Source of the DNA: Thermodesulfobacteriota bacterium
GTDB lineage: Bacteria; Desulfobacterota_D; UBA1144; Nemesobacterales; Nemesobacteraceae
Assembly (NCBI GenBank): GCA_965202785.1
Contig: OZ241855.1
Location: 544,001-608,000, forward strand
Length of the DNA stretch: 64,000 nucleotides
Direction of reading: 5' to 3'
Part shown: in pieces, positions 19,815 through 28,820 of the stretch
How positions within the stretch are numbered: the stretch's first letter is position 1
Layout: each line of letters starts with the position of its first letter
The notes under the pieces: model-generated
The model's database searches: none
Told to the model about the DNA's origin: nothing
What the model saw: only the letters and a program-made list of their open reading frames with translations
Program-made: the position numbers and the translations under genes

Positions 19815-20551
19815 TTTCGCGCCACATCCGGCTCGAAATTCATCGCAAGCCTCACGCTTCTAAGTGGAAGCACCAGTCTTTTCAGCTTCTCTGTTTTCTC
19901 ATCAAAGCTGAGAAGAAGCCTGAACACTATGTATTTCCCCTCCGGGGTTCTCTCTCGAAGCCTGTACTTGTAGACCAAAACACCGCCGCCTTCCTCGTTT
20001 AACTTTGTGTACGGGAGACCGAGAATCTCTATCACTTCTGAGAAGTTCGGGATTTCCTTGGGTTCAAGGGACTTCACGGCCGCGGTGCTTGTCTTCTCAA
20101 GCTTTTTCACTTCGGCGCCGCCCACCGAGCCCATAACCTTCCCGAGAACTTCCTTGTTTATATACTTGGTGAAACGCTCGGGAAAGACAATCTCGCAGAG
20201 CTTTCCCTGACAAAGCTTCATCCCCATGTCCAGATCGAAATTTCCCTTTTCGCTCTTTCTGCCCGGGTACTTTTTCACCAGGCGATATACCCAAAGCTCG
20301 GTGTCTGCGGCGACACGGGTCTTTACGGGCGGCGAGTAGACCATGAGCCACTCGACGTCTTCTGAGAGCAGTACGGGGTTTTTGAAGGTGAGGCGGAGAC
20401 CGTCGTGGTCACTCACGCTGAAATTCTCGCTGAAATCCCCGAGATGGCCTTTTACCTCAAGGAACCTGAAGAGCCGGCATCCCCCCACTCCCAGACACAG
20501 GACAAGCAGAAAAGATATGAGAATTCTTCTTCGCGAAAGCGGCTTTCCCAT
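19811..20551 (-). CDS. Putative lipoprotein of unknown function
   Basis: Basic N-terminus, hydrophobic stretch and VGGC lipobox; 4-nt overlap with ispE; start set at MGKPLS. Confidence 0.65.
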   Translation of the reverse strand: MGKPLSRRRILISFLLVLCLGVGGCRLFRFLEVKGHLGDFSENFSVSDHDGLRLTFKNPVLLSEDVEWLMVYSPPVKTRVAADTELWVYRLVKKYPGRKSEKGNFDLDMGMKLCQGKLCEIVFPERFTKYINKEVLGKVMGSVGGAEVKKLEKTSTAAVKSLEPKEIPNFSEVIEILGLPYTKLNEEGGGVLVYKYRLRERTPEGKYIVFRLLLSFDEKTEKLKRLVLPLRSVRLAMNFEPDVARK

Positions 20552-20626
20552 CGGCAATTCGGCATTTCTCCCCTGATATATTATTATACCGTACAGATAA
20601 CCGAGATTTATCTCCAAGGACTTCAG

Positions 20627-21025
20627 ATGTTCGCAAGACTGATAATTCTGTTCACCGTGGTTCCGCTCGTTGAGCTCGCGCTGCTCATAAAGCTCGGGAA
20701 CTTAATAGGACTCTGGCCGACCATATTCATAGTCATAGGGACGGGGGTGCTGGGAGCGGCACTTGCCAGAAGTCAGGGAACGCAGGTTATAAGCGCGATA
20801 AGGGCGGAGGTCGCCGAAGGCAGGCCGCCCACAGAAAGCCTCTTAAACGGTCTTCTGGTGCTCGTGGGAGGGGTTGTGCTTCTCACACCCGGGCTGCTTA
20901 CCGATCTTCTTGGCTTCTCCCTTCTTATTCCCTTTACCAGGAACTGGTTCAAGAAAAAACTTCAAGGCAGACTGAGGAAATACGCGGAGAGGAACTCAGG
21001 CTCCGCAACCATAATAATACGCTGA
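20627..21025 (+). CDS. fxsA: FxsA family membrane protein
   Basis: VPLVELALLIKLG...GLWPT...LLLTPG-like VLLTPGLLTDLLG; AAGGA RBS before ATG 20627. Confidence 0.88.
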   Translation: MFARLIILFTVVPLVELALLIKLGNLIGLWPTIFIVIGTGVLGAALARSQGTQVISAIRAEVAEGRPPTESLLNGLLVLVGGVVLLTPGLLTDLLGFSLLIPFTRNWFKKKLQGRLRKYAERNSGSATIIIR

Positions 21026-21041
21026 AGACCCGAAAGCCTGC

Positions 21042-21617
21042 TCACGGCTGAAACGGTTCGTGGCTTATCTTGTGTATTATCGGCATGGAAAAACTTACTG
21101 ACTCCATGAGCTTCTGTCCGTACTGAATCACCCACTCCTCGGGAGCCAGGGAGTAGAAATCCGCAAGCGTCATCCACTCACCTCCCTTCATTATCTCCCC
21201 GTAATCCACGCTTACAAGAAAAGCGGTCATGTCTCCGCCATCCATGGCGTTGAGCACAGAGCACTCCACGTAGGAATGTATTCCCTCTAAGACGGGACAG
21301 CCGTTTCTGCCCTCGAAATGGTCTATGCCGATAAACTTTTTCTTGTCCCTGCCCGAATAAAAACCGAAGTTCCGCACTAGGGCGATCTGGTCCCTTTTGA
21401 GAAGATGAACCACGAGATTCCTGCTTTTCATTATGAATCCGTGAGTGTGATTTCCCTTCCATATCCCCATAAGGAGCCTGGGCACGGTGTGGACTATGGA
21501 AGATGTGACGAGCGTCACAGCCACCTGCCCGTTTATCTCGTCCTCCTGCCTGCTGGTTATGATCACCACAGGGCAGTTATGCCAGAAAACCCCGGTAACT
21601 GAAGGCGCATCATTCAC
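21042..21617 (-). CDS. Flavin reductase-like family protein
   Basis: PVVIITS...INGQVA...FGFYSGRDKKKF...GCPVL...ECSV...GGD; AAGGAG RBS before GTG 21617. Confidence 0.8.
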   Translation of the reverse strand: MNDAPSVTGVFWHNCPVVIITSRQEDEINGQVAVTLVTSSIVHTVPRLLMGIWKGNHTHGFIMKSRNLVVHLLKRDQIALVRNFGFYSGRDKKKFIGIDHFEGRNGCPVLEGIHSYVECSVLNAMDGGDMTAFLVSVDYGEIMKGGEWMTLADFYSLAPEEWVIQYGQKLMESVSFSMPIIHKISHEPFQP

Positions 21618-21759
21618 TGAAAAACTCCTTTTTATATCCCGGGCCAAAAATGCCGCGGGAGAATTGAAAAAATATCCCCCGTGTGCTATAGTAACCCCGT
21701 CTTTCAAGTTTACCCGCTACAATGCGGCAGCGCCTTTTAAACGAACTGAATTCCTGATT

Positions 21760-22536
21760 ATGAGAAAAATAATCCCGGCGGTCGCCTTTCTTTTCCTGCT
21801 CGTTGGTGTCCTGCACATCTCGGGGTGCTCGAAGAGAGTTTCCACCCCTCCTCCCCCGGCTGAAGAACCCTCGACGGATACTCAGGACAGAGTCATGGCG
21901 GTATCGGAGAGGCTTGAGGAAGCCCGAGCGGAGGGCGCCGAGGACACTTGGGAGTACGAAGAGGCGCAAAAGCTTTTCGAGATGGCCCAGGACCTTATAG
22001 ACGAAGGGAATCTTGAAGAAGCTGAGAAGATCCTTTCTCAAGCGGAACTGAAGGCCACGCAGGCAATCGGCGCCGCCCGGGAAGGCGCCTTCATGGAGGG
22101 CTTTGACGAAGAGGCCCAGGAAATACGGAAATCCCTGCTCAGCGACGCCTTCTCCAAAGAAAACCTTATAAACCTTCCCACCTCGGACGTGTTCTTTCAG
22201 TTCGACAGCGCGGAGATGTCGGAAGAGGCAATGGAGATAATCGACGGCAACATAAGCATCTTCGAAAAAAACAAAGACAGAATCAAATTCATTCTCGTCT
22301 TCGGTTTCTGCGACATCCGCGGGACCGAGGAATACAACCTCTCCCTTGGAAAGAAAAGAGCGGATGAGATCAAAAAGTACATGATCGGAAAAGGGATGTC
22401 TCCCGACATGCTGCACTCAATCAGCAAGGGAGAGACGGAAATATGGCAGGAGGGATCATCGGAGGAAGCGTACAGCCGCAACAGGCGAGGACACTTCATG
22501 GCCCTCTCTGACAATAATTCCTTAGAGAACCAATGA
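21760..22536 (+). CDS. pal: OmpA/Pal family peptidoglycan-associated lipoprotein with extra helical N-terminal domain
   Basis: Lipobox ISGC; FFQFDS, G.CDIRGTEEYNLSLGKKRA, SKGE, NRR; followed by cpoB. Confidence 0.8.
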   Translation: MRKIIPAVAFLFLLVGVLHISGCSKRVSTPPPPAEEPSTDTQDRVMAVSERLEEARAEGAEDTWEYEEAQKLFEMAQDLIDEGNLEEAEKILSQAELKATQAIGAAREGAFMEGFDEEAQEIRKSLLSDAFSKENLINLPTSDVFFQFDSAEMSEEAMEIIDGNISIFEKNKDRIKFILVFGFCDIRGTEEYNLSLGKKRADEIKKYMIGKGMSPDMLHSISKGETEIWQEGSSEEAYSRNRRGHFMALSDNNSLENQ

Positions 22537-23336
22537 GAAAAAAATATCTGGCCGTCGCCGCAATATCGTTTTGCTCCATGTTCATGTACGGGTGCGTAGC
22601 ATCGGAAGGGGACCTGGATTTTCTTTACTCGAGGCAAAGGGAAGCTGAGACAAACATCAAGAAGATACAGAAGGATATCGACTGGCTGAAGACGGAAGTA
22701 AAGAAAGAAGAGAATATCGTTGGTCTTAACGAAAAGACTTTTGAACTTGAAAACAAGCTTCTGGAACTCGAGCAGATAATAGGCGAGATACATGCTCAGA
22801 GCGAAGAACGGTTCAAAAAAATAGAAGCCGGACTGTCGGCAATCGCAGAGGCAGAATCCCGGGCCGCAGTTCCGCAACCACAGACGCCGCCCGCCCCAGC
22901 TTCCAAGCAGGGTTCTGAAAGCAAAAGCGAGGAACCATCCCCCGCGGAAAAGGGTCCCAAGAAGAACTACGACCTAGGAGTAAAAGAGTTCGCCGACGGC
23001 AACTATGAGGGCGCAAGGGCGCTGCTTCGAGAGTATCTTGCCGCCGCCCCCAAAAGTGATGAGGCTCCAGACGCGATGTTCTTCATCGCAGACTCCTACT
23101 TCAAGGAAAAATTCTACGAGGAAGCCATACTCGAATACCAGAACATAATCGAAACCTGGCCCGCCAGCCCCAAAATCCCGCTTTGCCAGCTCAATCAGGG
23201 AATCGCGCTCCTGAAGATAGGGAAACCGAACGAGGCGAGTCTCTTTTTCGAATCCCTGATCGAGGCGTACCCGGACTCACCCGAAGCCGCAACGGCGAAA
23301 GAACACCTTAAGACCTTGTCCACACCGGGAGAATAA
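22533..23336 (+). CDS. cpoB: Tol-Pal protein CpoB/YbgF (coiled coil + TPR lipoprotein)
   Basis: Lipobox, coiled coil, TPR repeats ending YPDSPEA; overlaps pal stop. Confidence 0.8.
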   Translation: MRKKYLAVAAISFCSMFMYGCVASEGDLDFLYSRQREAETNIKKIQKDIDWLKTEVKKEENIVGLNEKTFELENKLLELEQIIGEIHAQSEERFKKIEAGLSAIAEAESRAAVPQPQTPPAPASKQGSESKSEEPSPAEKGPKKNYDLGVKEFADGNYEGARALLREYLAAAPKSDEAPDAMFFIADSYFKEKFYEEAILEYQNIIETWPASPKIPLCQLNQGIALLKIGKPNEASLFFESLIEAYPDSPEAATAKEHLKTLSTPGE

Positions 23337-23370
23337 AAGCTCCGGCCGTGGTCGGCGCTGAACCGTTTTT

Positions 23371-24663
23371 ATGAAGACCACCAACTCAGAGAAGCTTTTT
23401 CGCAGGGCGAGAAACGTTCTTGTGGGCGGGGTAAACAGTCCCGTGAGATCTTTTGCGGCCGTGGGAGGTTCGCCGCTTTTCGTATCAAGGGCAGAAGGTT
23501 CCTACGTATACGACGCTGATGGGAACAGGTTCATCGACTACGTGGCCTCATGGGGTCCGCTGATCCTGGGACACTCACACCCCTCGGTGGTAAGTGCCGT
23601 CGGGGAGAGGCTTCCCCTGGGAACGAGCTTCGGCGCCCCTTGCGAACTGGAAACGGATCTTGCCACGCTGATAGCAAGACACTTTCCCTCGATCGAGAAG
23701 GTCCGCCTCACCAATTCCGGAACCGAGGCTACCATGAGCGCCATAAGGCTTGCAAGAGCGGTCACCCAAAGGGAATACATAGTCAAGTTCGAGGGATGCT
23801 ACCACGGACACTCGGATTTTCTGCTCGTGAAATCCGGTTCGGGAGCCACGACTTTCGGAAACCCAAGCAGCGCCGGGGTCCCGAAATCGTTTGTGAACAG
23901 AACGCTGCTTGCTCGGTATAACGACATAGATTCCGTCAAAAGGCTTTTCGAGAGGCACCCCAAAAAGATTGCAGGAGTGATAATCGAACCCGTGGCGGGG
24001 AACATGGGAGTGGTGATCCCGGAGAAAAACTTTCTCAAGAAATTGCGCTCTACATGCAAAAAACACGGGGCGGTTCTCATCTTCGACGAGGTCATAACGG
24101 GGTTTCGCCTCGCCAGAGGGGGCGCGCAGGAACTCTTCGGCGTAGTTCCGGACATAACATGTCTCGGGAAAATAATAGGAGGAGGGCTCCCGGTGGGGGC
24201 GTACGGGGCAAGCGCAGAAATAATGCAGATGGTTTCCCCTGAAGGTCCCATGTACCAGGCGGGAACCCTCTCGGGAAATCCGCTTGCCATGGCGGCGGGG
24301 ATTGCGACAGTAAAAGAACTTAACCCGAGAACCTACAGACGCCTTGAGAGCCTGACTGCCTCTCTTGTATCTGGAATAAGGGAGATAATAGCGGAGCTTG
24401 GCATTGCCGCCACCGTAAATTCTGTCGGCTCCATGTTCACCGTGTTTTTCACCGACCAGAGGGTAACGGACTACGCAGGAGCGCTTGGATGCGATACCGC
24501 GAAGTACGCGAGATTCTTCAGAAATCTTCTCCAAAACGGGGTCATGTTCCCGCCGTCTCAGTTCGAAAGTGTATTCGTTTCGACCGCGCACACGAAAAAG
24601 CAGGTAGGCCAGACTCTTCAGGCGGTCTACGCGTCGCTTCGGGAAATCTCCCAGGGAGAGTAA
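23371..24663 (+). CDS. hemL: Glutamate-1-semialdehyde 2,1-aminomutase
   Basis: GGVNSPVR, NSGTEATMSA, GCYHGH, DEVITGFR, GKIIGGG, YQAGTLSGNP. Confidence 0.97.
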   Translation: MKTTNSEKLFRRARNVLVGGVNSPVRSFAAVGGSPLFVSRAEGSYVYDADGNRFIDYVASWGPLILGHSHPSVVSAVGERLPLGTSFGAPCELETDLATLIARHFPSIEKVRLTNSGTEATMSAIRLARAVTQREYIVKFEGCYHGHSDFLLVKSGSGATTFGNPSSAGVPKSFVNRTLLARYNDIDSVKRLFERHPKKIAGVIIEPVAGNMGVVIPEKNFLKKLRSTCKKHGAVLIFDEVITGFRLARGGAQELFGVVPDITCLGKIIGGGLPVGAYGASAEIMQMVSPEGPMYQAGTLSGNPLAMAAGIATVKELNPRTYRRLESLTASLVSGIREIIAELGIAATVNSVGSMFTVFFTDQRVTDYAGALGCDTAKYARFFRNLLQNGVMFPPSQFESVFVSTAHTKKQVGQTLQAVYASLREISQGE

Positions 24664-24664
24664 A

Positions 24665-24892
24665 ATCAGAAATCCTAACTGGCTTTTTTTCGTTGTAATC
24701 GGAATTGAGTTTGCTTTCTCCGTCATAGCGGGACTCTTTCTCGGGGACTACATCGACGGAAAACTTGACACCGCTTTCCCTTTCTTTACCCTGCTAGGTC
24801 TTGTGTGCGGAGTGATAGCGGGGCTGACCCTGCTTCTGCGGACACTTAGACTGAGACAGCAGAGAAAAAACGGAAACGATGAAGAATCTTAG
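24665..24892 (+). CDS. atpZ: AtpZ / ATPase gene-1 family small membrane protein; not in ORF track; no canonical start
   Basis: Manual translation IRNPNWLFFVVIGIEFAFSVIAGLFLGDYIDGKLDTAFPFFTLLGLVCGVIAGLTLLLRTLRLRQQRKNGNDEES*; matches G..lD......P.f.l.Gl..G pattern; lies between hemL and atpI. Confidence 0.75.
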   Translation: MRNPNWLFFVVIGIEFAFSVIAGLFLGDYIDGKLDTAFPFFTLLGLVCGVIAGLTLLLRTLRLRQQRKNGNDEES

Positions 24893-25220
24893 TCTTGGCG
24901 TTGAGAAACTGTCCCTGGCCGTAACGGCGCTTCTTTTCGTCGTGAATATCGCCATCGGGCAAAGGGAGATTGCGGTGGCCATAGCGGTTGCGGGAGTCCT
25001 TTTTCTGCTGGATTACGTGGCCATAAGATTCGTCGTAAAGGCCCTTGCGGAAAAAAGGTATTCACTTGCGTTTTCCATGTTCATACTGGTCATGAAAATG
25101 CTCGCGTTGCTTGCGATAATAACGGTTTTACTCGTATTTGCAAAACTGAATATATATGGTTTAATGATAGGCTTAACTTCCGTGGTGATAGTAATAATAG
25201 GTAAAGGTTTGAAGGGTTAG
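24879..25220 (+). CDS. atpI: ATP synthase subunit I-like membrane protein
   Basis: About 4 transmembrane helices, directly upstream of atpB. Confidence 0.7.
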   Translation: MKNLSLGVEKLSLAVTALLFVVNIAIGQREIAVAIAVAGVLFLLDYVAIRFVVKALAEKRYSLAFSMFILVMKMLALLAIITVLLVFAKLNIYGLMIGLTSVVIVIIGKGLKG

Positions 25221-25222
25221 AC

Positions 25223-25912
25223 ATGGAACATTTCAGCTGGTTTTCCCTTGCCGGTCTCATAGAATACGACCATATTCTGGGCGGAGTGCTGGTACTTCTG
25301 TTCATACTGTTTGTCGGCCTGAGGGTAACAAAGCATTACTCGAGGGAAGAATCCGTAATCCCCGAAGAGAAGCCGTCGATGAACATTTTCTTCGAACTCC
25401 TGGGGCTTGAATTCCTTTTCAACACGATTGAAAACGTTTTCGGGTCCCGCGAAAAGGCGAAGAAGTACTTCCCCCTTCTAGCCGGGTCGTTTTTCTTCAT
25501 ACTGTTTGCGAACCTGCTGGGAATGGTCCCGGGTTTTCTTCCGCCGACCGGAAATCTGAACACCACCGTAGCGTGCTCGCTTCTCATATTCGTCATGTAC
25601 AACTACTACGGAATAAGGGAGCACGGGCTCGGCTACGTAAAGCATTTTCTGGGCCCGGTAATTTTCCTTGCGCCGCTTATGCTGATCATCGAGATTATAA
25701 GCCATCTGGTAAGGCCACTGTCGCTGTCCCTCAGGCTTTTCATGAACATAACAGGCGACCACATGGTGCTCGGGGTGTTTACCAACCTCACGCATATACT
25801 GATTCCCATGGCTTTCGTGGGGCTAGGTATTTTCGTATCTTTTTTGCAGGCTTTTATATTCACTATACTTTCGACCATATATATCGCGCTTGCCGAAGCG
25901 CATGAACACTGA
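25223..25912 (+). CDS. atpB: F0 ATP synthase subunit a
   Basis: NLLGMVPG, PTGNLN, RPLSLSLRLFMN, LQAFIF. Confidence 0.96.
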   Translation: MEHFSWFSLAGLIEYDHILGGVLVLLFILFVGLRVTKHYSREESVIPEEKPSMNIFFELLGLEFLFNTIENVFGSREKAKKYFPLLAGSFFFILFANLLGMVPGFLPPTGNLNTTVACSLLIFVMYNYYGIREHGLGYVKHFLGPVIFLAPLMLIIEIISHLVRPLSLSLRLFMNITGDHMVLGVFTNLTHILIPMAFVGLGIFVSFLQAFIFTILSTIYIALAEAHEH

Positions 25913-25933
25913 CATAAATTTAGGAGGTAAGAA

Positions 25934-26260
25934 ATGAAAAGGTTGTTTTCTTTTATAGGTCTTGCGGCACTGGCTTCGTTCGGTGCTTTCGTTCCTGACG
26001 CGTTTGCCGCGACTGAGGGGGGCTTAGGAGAACTGGCGAAGATGGGACTTGGAATCGGCGCCGGAGTAGGCATAGGTATAGCCGCAGGCGTCGCGGGAGT
26101 AGGTCAGGGACTCGCCACGGCTTCCGCTGTTGACGGCATAGCTAGAAACCCGGGCGCTTCCGCGAAGATCCAGACGCCCATGATTATCGGTCTCGCCCTG
26201 ATCGAATCTCTGGTAATCTACGCCCTTCTGATAGCGTTTCTGCTTCAGGGAAAAATCTGA
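25934..26260 (+). CDS. atpE: F0 ATP synthase subunit c (with N-terminal leader)
   Basis: Gly-rich helix, [18 protein letters not shown]; AGGAGG RBS. Confidence 0.96.
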   Translation: MKRLFSFIGLAALASFGAFVPDAFAATEGGLGELAKMGLGIGAGVGIGIAAGVAGVGQGLATASAVDGIARNPGASAKIQTPMIIGLALIESLVIYALLIAFLLQGKI

Positions 26261-26275
26261 CGCACATAAGAAAAG

Positions 26276-26318
26276 ACGGGGAATACCACAGCAAAAAGGT
26301 TATTCCCCGTTTTATTAT
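26276..26318 (+). terminator. Intrinsic terminator after atpE (possibly bidirectional)
   Basis: ACGGGGAATA...TATTCCCCGT stem followed by TTTATT and preceded by an A-tract. Confidence 0.65.
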
Positions 26319-26378
26319 CTGCCGTTGAGCAGTACGGTTCCGCACAACGAGTTGTAACCGGAATCTGAACGATAATCT

Positions 26379-27734
26379 CTAACCACGGTTGTCGGGATAA
26401 TTCTTCAGCACAAAATCTAGAGCTTCCTCTTTCGAGGCAAGCCTGTTTTCAAGCTGAAGTTCTTCTACCCTTCCCAGTATTTTCGAAAAAACCGGGCCGG
26501 GAGAATATCCAAGATCTATAAGATCCTGTCCGCTGAGAAGCGGCGGGGGTTTTATTTCCTCCCTTCCATATTCTTCCATCTTTTCTCTGATGAAATCGTA
26601 GGCATCGGTTTGTCCGTGACTTGCCATGCAGTCAGCAAGATGCATCTGCATGTGCTCCTCAAAATACGGAAGGGAAAGAAACCTTTTCAGGGTGCTTTCT
26701 CTCATGTTGAAAACATCCTTGAACTTAAGATGCTCAAGGATAAGTTCGGAAATTCTCTTTATCTGCTTTTTGGAGAATCTGAGCCTCCTGCAGATATCCT
26801 CAGACATCTTGGCCCCTACCCTGTCGTGTCCGTTGAACCTTATTCTGTCAGACTCGCTGTAAGTAGGCGGCTTCCCCACATCATGGAGAAGCGCGGCGAC
26901 GGCAAGCTCCTCCGAGTAGCGGCCGTCGGTGTTACCATAGAGCATGTCCATCACAAGGCAGGTATGCTCAAATACGTCTCCTTCGGGGTGGAACTGAGGG
27001 GGCTGGCGGACTCCGTGCATACATTCGACTTCCGGAAGGAAATGTTCAAGAAGACCGCTGGAGCTAAGAAGCTTGAGTCCGTTTCCCGGATTCCGGCGGG
27101 TAAGTATCTTGACGAGTTCTTCGCGTATTCTCTCCCCGCTTACAACGGATATTGCGGCGGCCTCGTTGCGTATAGCCGAAAGGGCCGCTCCGTCGAGCTC
27201 AAAACCGAGACATGACGCAAACCGTACCGCTCTCATCATTCTCAGCCTGTCCTCGCCGAACCTTTCCTCGGGATCTCCTATGGCCCTAACAAGCCTCCGT
27301 TCAAGATCCCCGAGACCTTCCACGTAATCGTAAAGCTCCCGAGAAACCGGATCGTAAAGCATTCCGTTTATCGTAAAATCCCTTCTGCGAACGTCTTCTT
27401 CCGCGCTTTTCGTGTAATCGACATGTTCGGGATGCCTTCCGTCGCCGTAACTCGATTCCCTCCTGAAGGTGGCGACCTCAAACTTCATGTCTCCCCTTAT
27501 CACCAGCACCACGCCGAAGCTCTCCCCCACGGCCACGGTCTTTGCAAACATCCGCTGAATCTGCTCTGGAGTCGCGCTTGTCGCTATATCGATCTCGTCG
27601 CACTCAACACCGAGCAGGGCGTCACGCACGCAGCCGCCCACGAAAAAAGCTTCGTGTCCCTTCTCCCCGAGAGCCTTTACGATCTCAAGCGCCCCCGCGA
27701 AATTTTTCTTCTCGAAATCAAGTTCCCTTTTCAT
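26379..27734 (-). CDS. cca: CCA tRNA nucleotidyltransferase / polyA polymerase family with HD domain
   Basis: VGGCVRD, DIDIAT-like EIDIAT, RRDFTIN, EDRLRMMRA, HPEGDV, LLHDVGK. Confidence 0.9.
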   Translation of the reverse strand: MKRELDFEKKNFAGALEIVKALGEKGHEAFFVGGCVRDALLGVECDEIDIATSATPEQIQRMFAKTVAVGESFGVVLVIRGDMKFEVATFRRESSYGDGRHPEHVDYTKSAEEDVRRRDFTINGMLYDPVSRELYDYVEGLGDLERRLVRAIGDPEERFGEDRLRMMRAVRFASCLGFELDGAALSAIRNEAAAISVVSGERIREELVKILTRRNPGNGLKLLSSSGLLEHFLPEVECMHGVRQPPQFHPEGDVFEHTCLVMDMLYGNTDGRYSEELAVAALLHDVGKPPTYSESDRIRFNGHDRVGAKMSEDICRRLRFSKKQIKRISELILEHLKFKDVFNMRESTLKRFLSLPYFEEHMQMHLADCMASHGQTDAYDFIREKMEEYGREEIKPPPLLSGQDLIDLGYSPGPVFSKILGRVEELQLENRLASKEEALDFVLKNYPDNRG

Positions 27735-27821
27735 AAATTCGCCACCACGGCGTGCAAACCAGTTAAATTATAGTTTTTAATCTTACCCGAATCACAATCC
27801 GCAAAGGCGGTCCGGACAAGA

Positions 27822-28817
27822 ATGAACGAAAGGAACTTCCGCAATTTCCTCGTGCGAGGGACAAAGGAAAACGGCTCAAGGCTGCTGTTTCAGAAAAAAG
27901 ACGGATGGAGCTGGAAACAAATCACCTGGCCCGATCTTATCACTGAGGTTGAAAGCATAGCCTGCTTTCTTCTGAATTCGGGGTTCTCAACGGGGAGCAG
28001 AATTATTGTTCTCTCGCCCAATACACTTGCGTGTCTTTTTTTCGAACTGGCGGTATTCACGCTGGGAGGAATCTGCCTTCCCGCAAAGAATATGAAGGAA
28101 GCAAGGGAGATCCTCGCGAGTTTATCCGGAAACTGCTTTTTTCTCTGCGCAAGCGCGGATGAGGCGCGTGAACTCACCGAGGCCCCCGTGCTCGGAGAAA
28201 AAATAGAAAAGGTTTTTCTAAGCGTAAACGAAAAGATTCCCGTGGAGGAAAAAACGGTCAGTTACTCAAACGTCGTAAAATTCGGCTTTCTCGGCAGGAA
28301 AAAGCTCAAGGACGAAATAACCGCGATCGGAAACTCGGTAAAAGAGGACTCCCCGGCCGTAATATTTGACGCGGGGGCCGCCACAACCGAGAGCAGAAGC
28401 TTTTCCCATGGAGAGATACTCGATCTCCTGCGCCTCTCAGAACAGGAACTGGGAGAAATCTCTGTCGAGGATCAGACATTTTCCTACCTTCCCGGCTGCA
28501 GTTCTTTTTCCAAGTTCGCCAACCTGCTTAACCTGCAGACCTCAGCCAGGGGAGCCATTGCGGAAGGCGCGGAAGACTTTTTGGTCGATGTCCCAGAGAT
28601 AATGCCGGTGATGCTTTTTCTTCCGGGTGCCGAGATCGAAAATGTCGTTAACAGCCTTCAGGGCGAAAACGGTTCGGCAAGGAACCTCAGAAGCGATCTC
28701 GGGGGAAGAATAAGGCTTCTGCTTACAGACATCCTGCCGCCAGAGAGTACAAGGGACCTGCTGCTTGCGCAGAACATATCAATCGTCAAGCTTGGCAGCC
28801 TTTCGGTCGTTCCCTGA
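27822..28817 (+). CDS. Degenerate, C-terminally truncated long-chain acyl-CoA synthetase-like (AMP-binding) protein
   Basis: K.DG.W..ITW, G.RIIVLSPN, SYLP and LGGRIR match the N-terminal half of LC-FACS, but the YTSGTTG P-loop is replaced by FDAGAATT and the protein ends before GYGxTE. Confidence 0.6.
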   Translation: MNERNFRNFLVRGTKENGSRLLFQKKDGWSWKQITWPDLITEVESIACFLLNSGFSTGSRIIVLSPNTLACLFFELAVFTLGGICLPAKNMKEAREILASLSGNCFFLCASADEARELTEAPVLGEKIEKVFLSVNEKIPVEEKTVSYSNVVKFGFLGRKKLKDEITAIGNSVKEDSPAVIFDAGAATTESRSFSHGEILDLLRLSEQELGEISVEDQTFSYLPGCSSFSKFANLLNLQTSARGAIAEGAEDFLVDVPEIMPVMLFLPGAEIENVVNSLQGENGSARNLRSDLGGRIRLLLTDILPPESTRDLLLAQNISIVKLGSLSVVP

Positions 28818-28820
28818 AAA

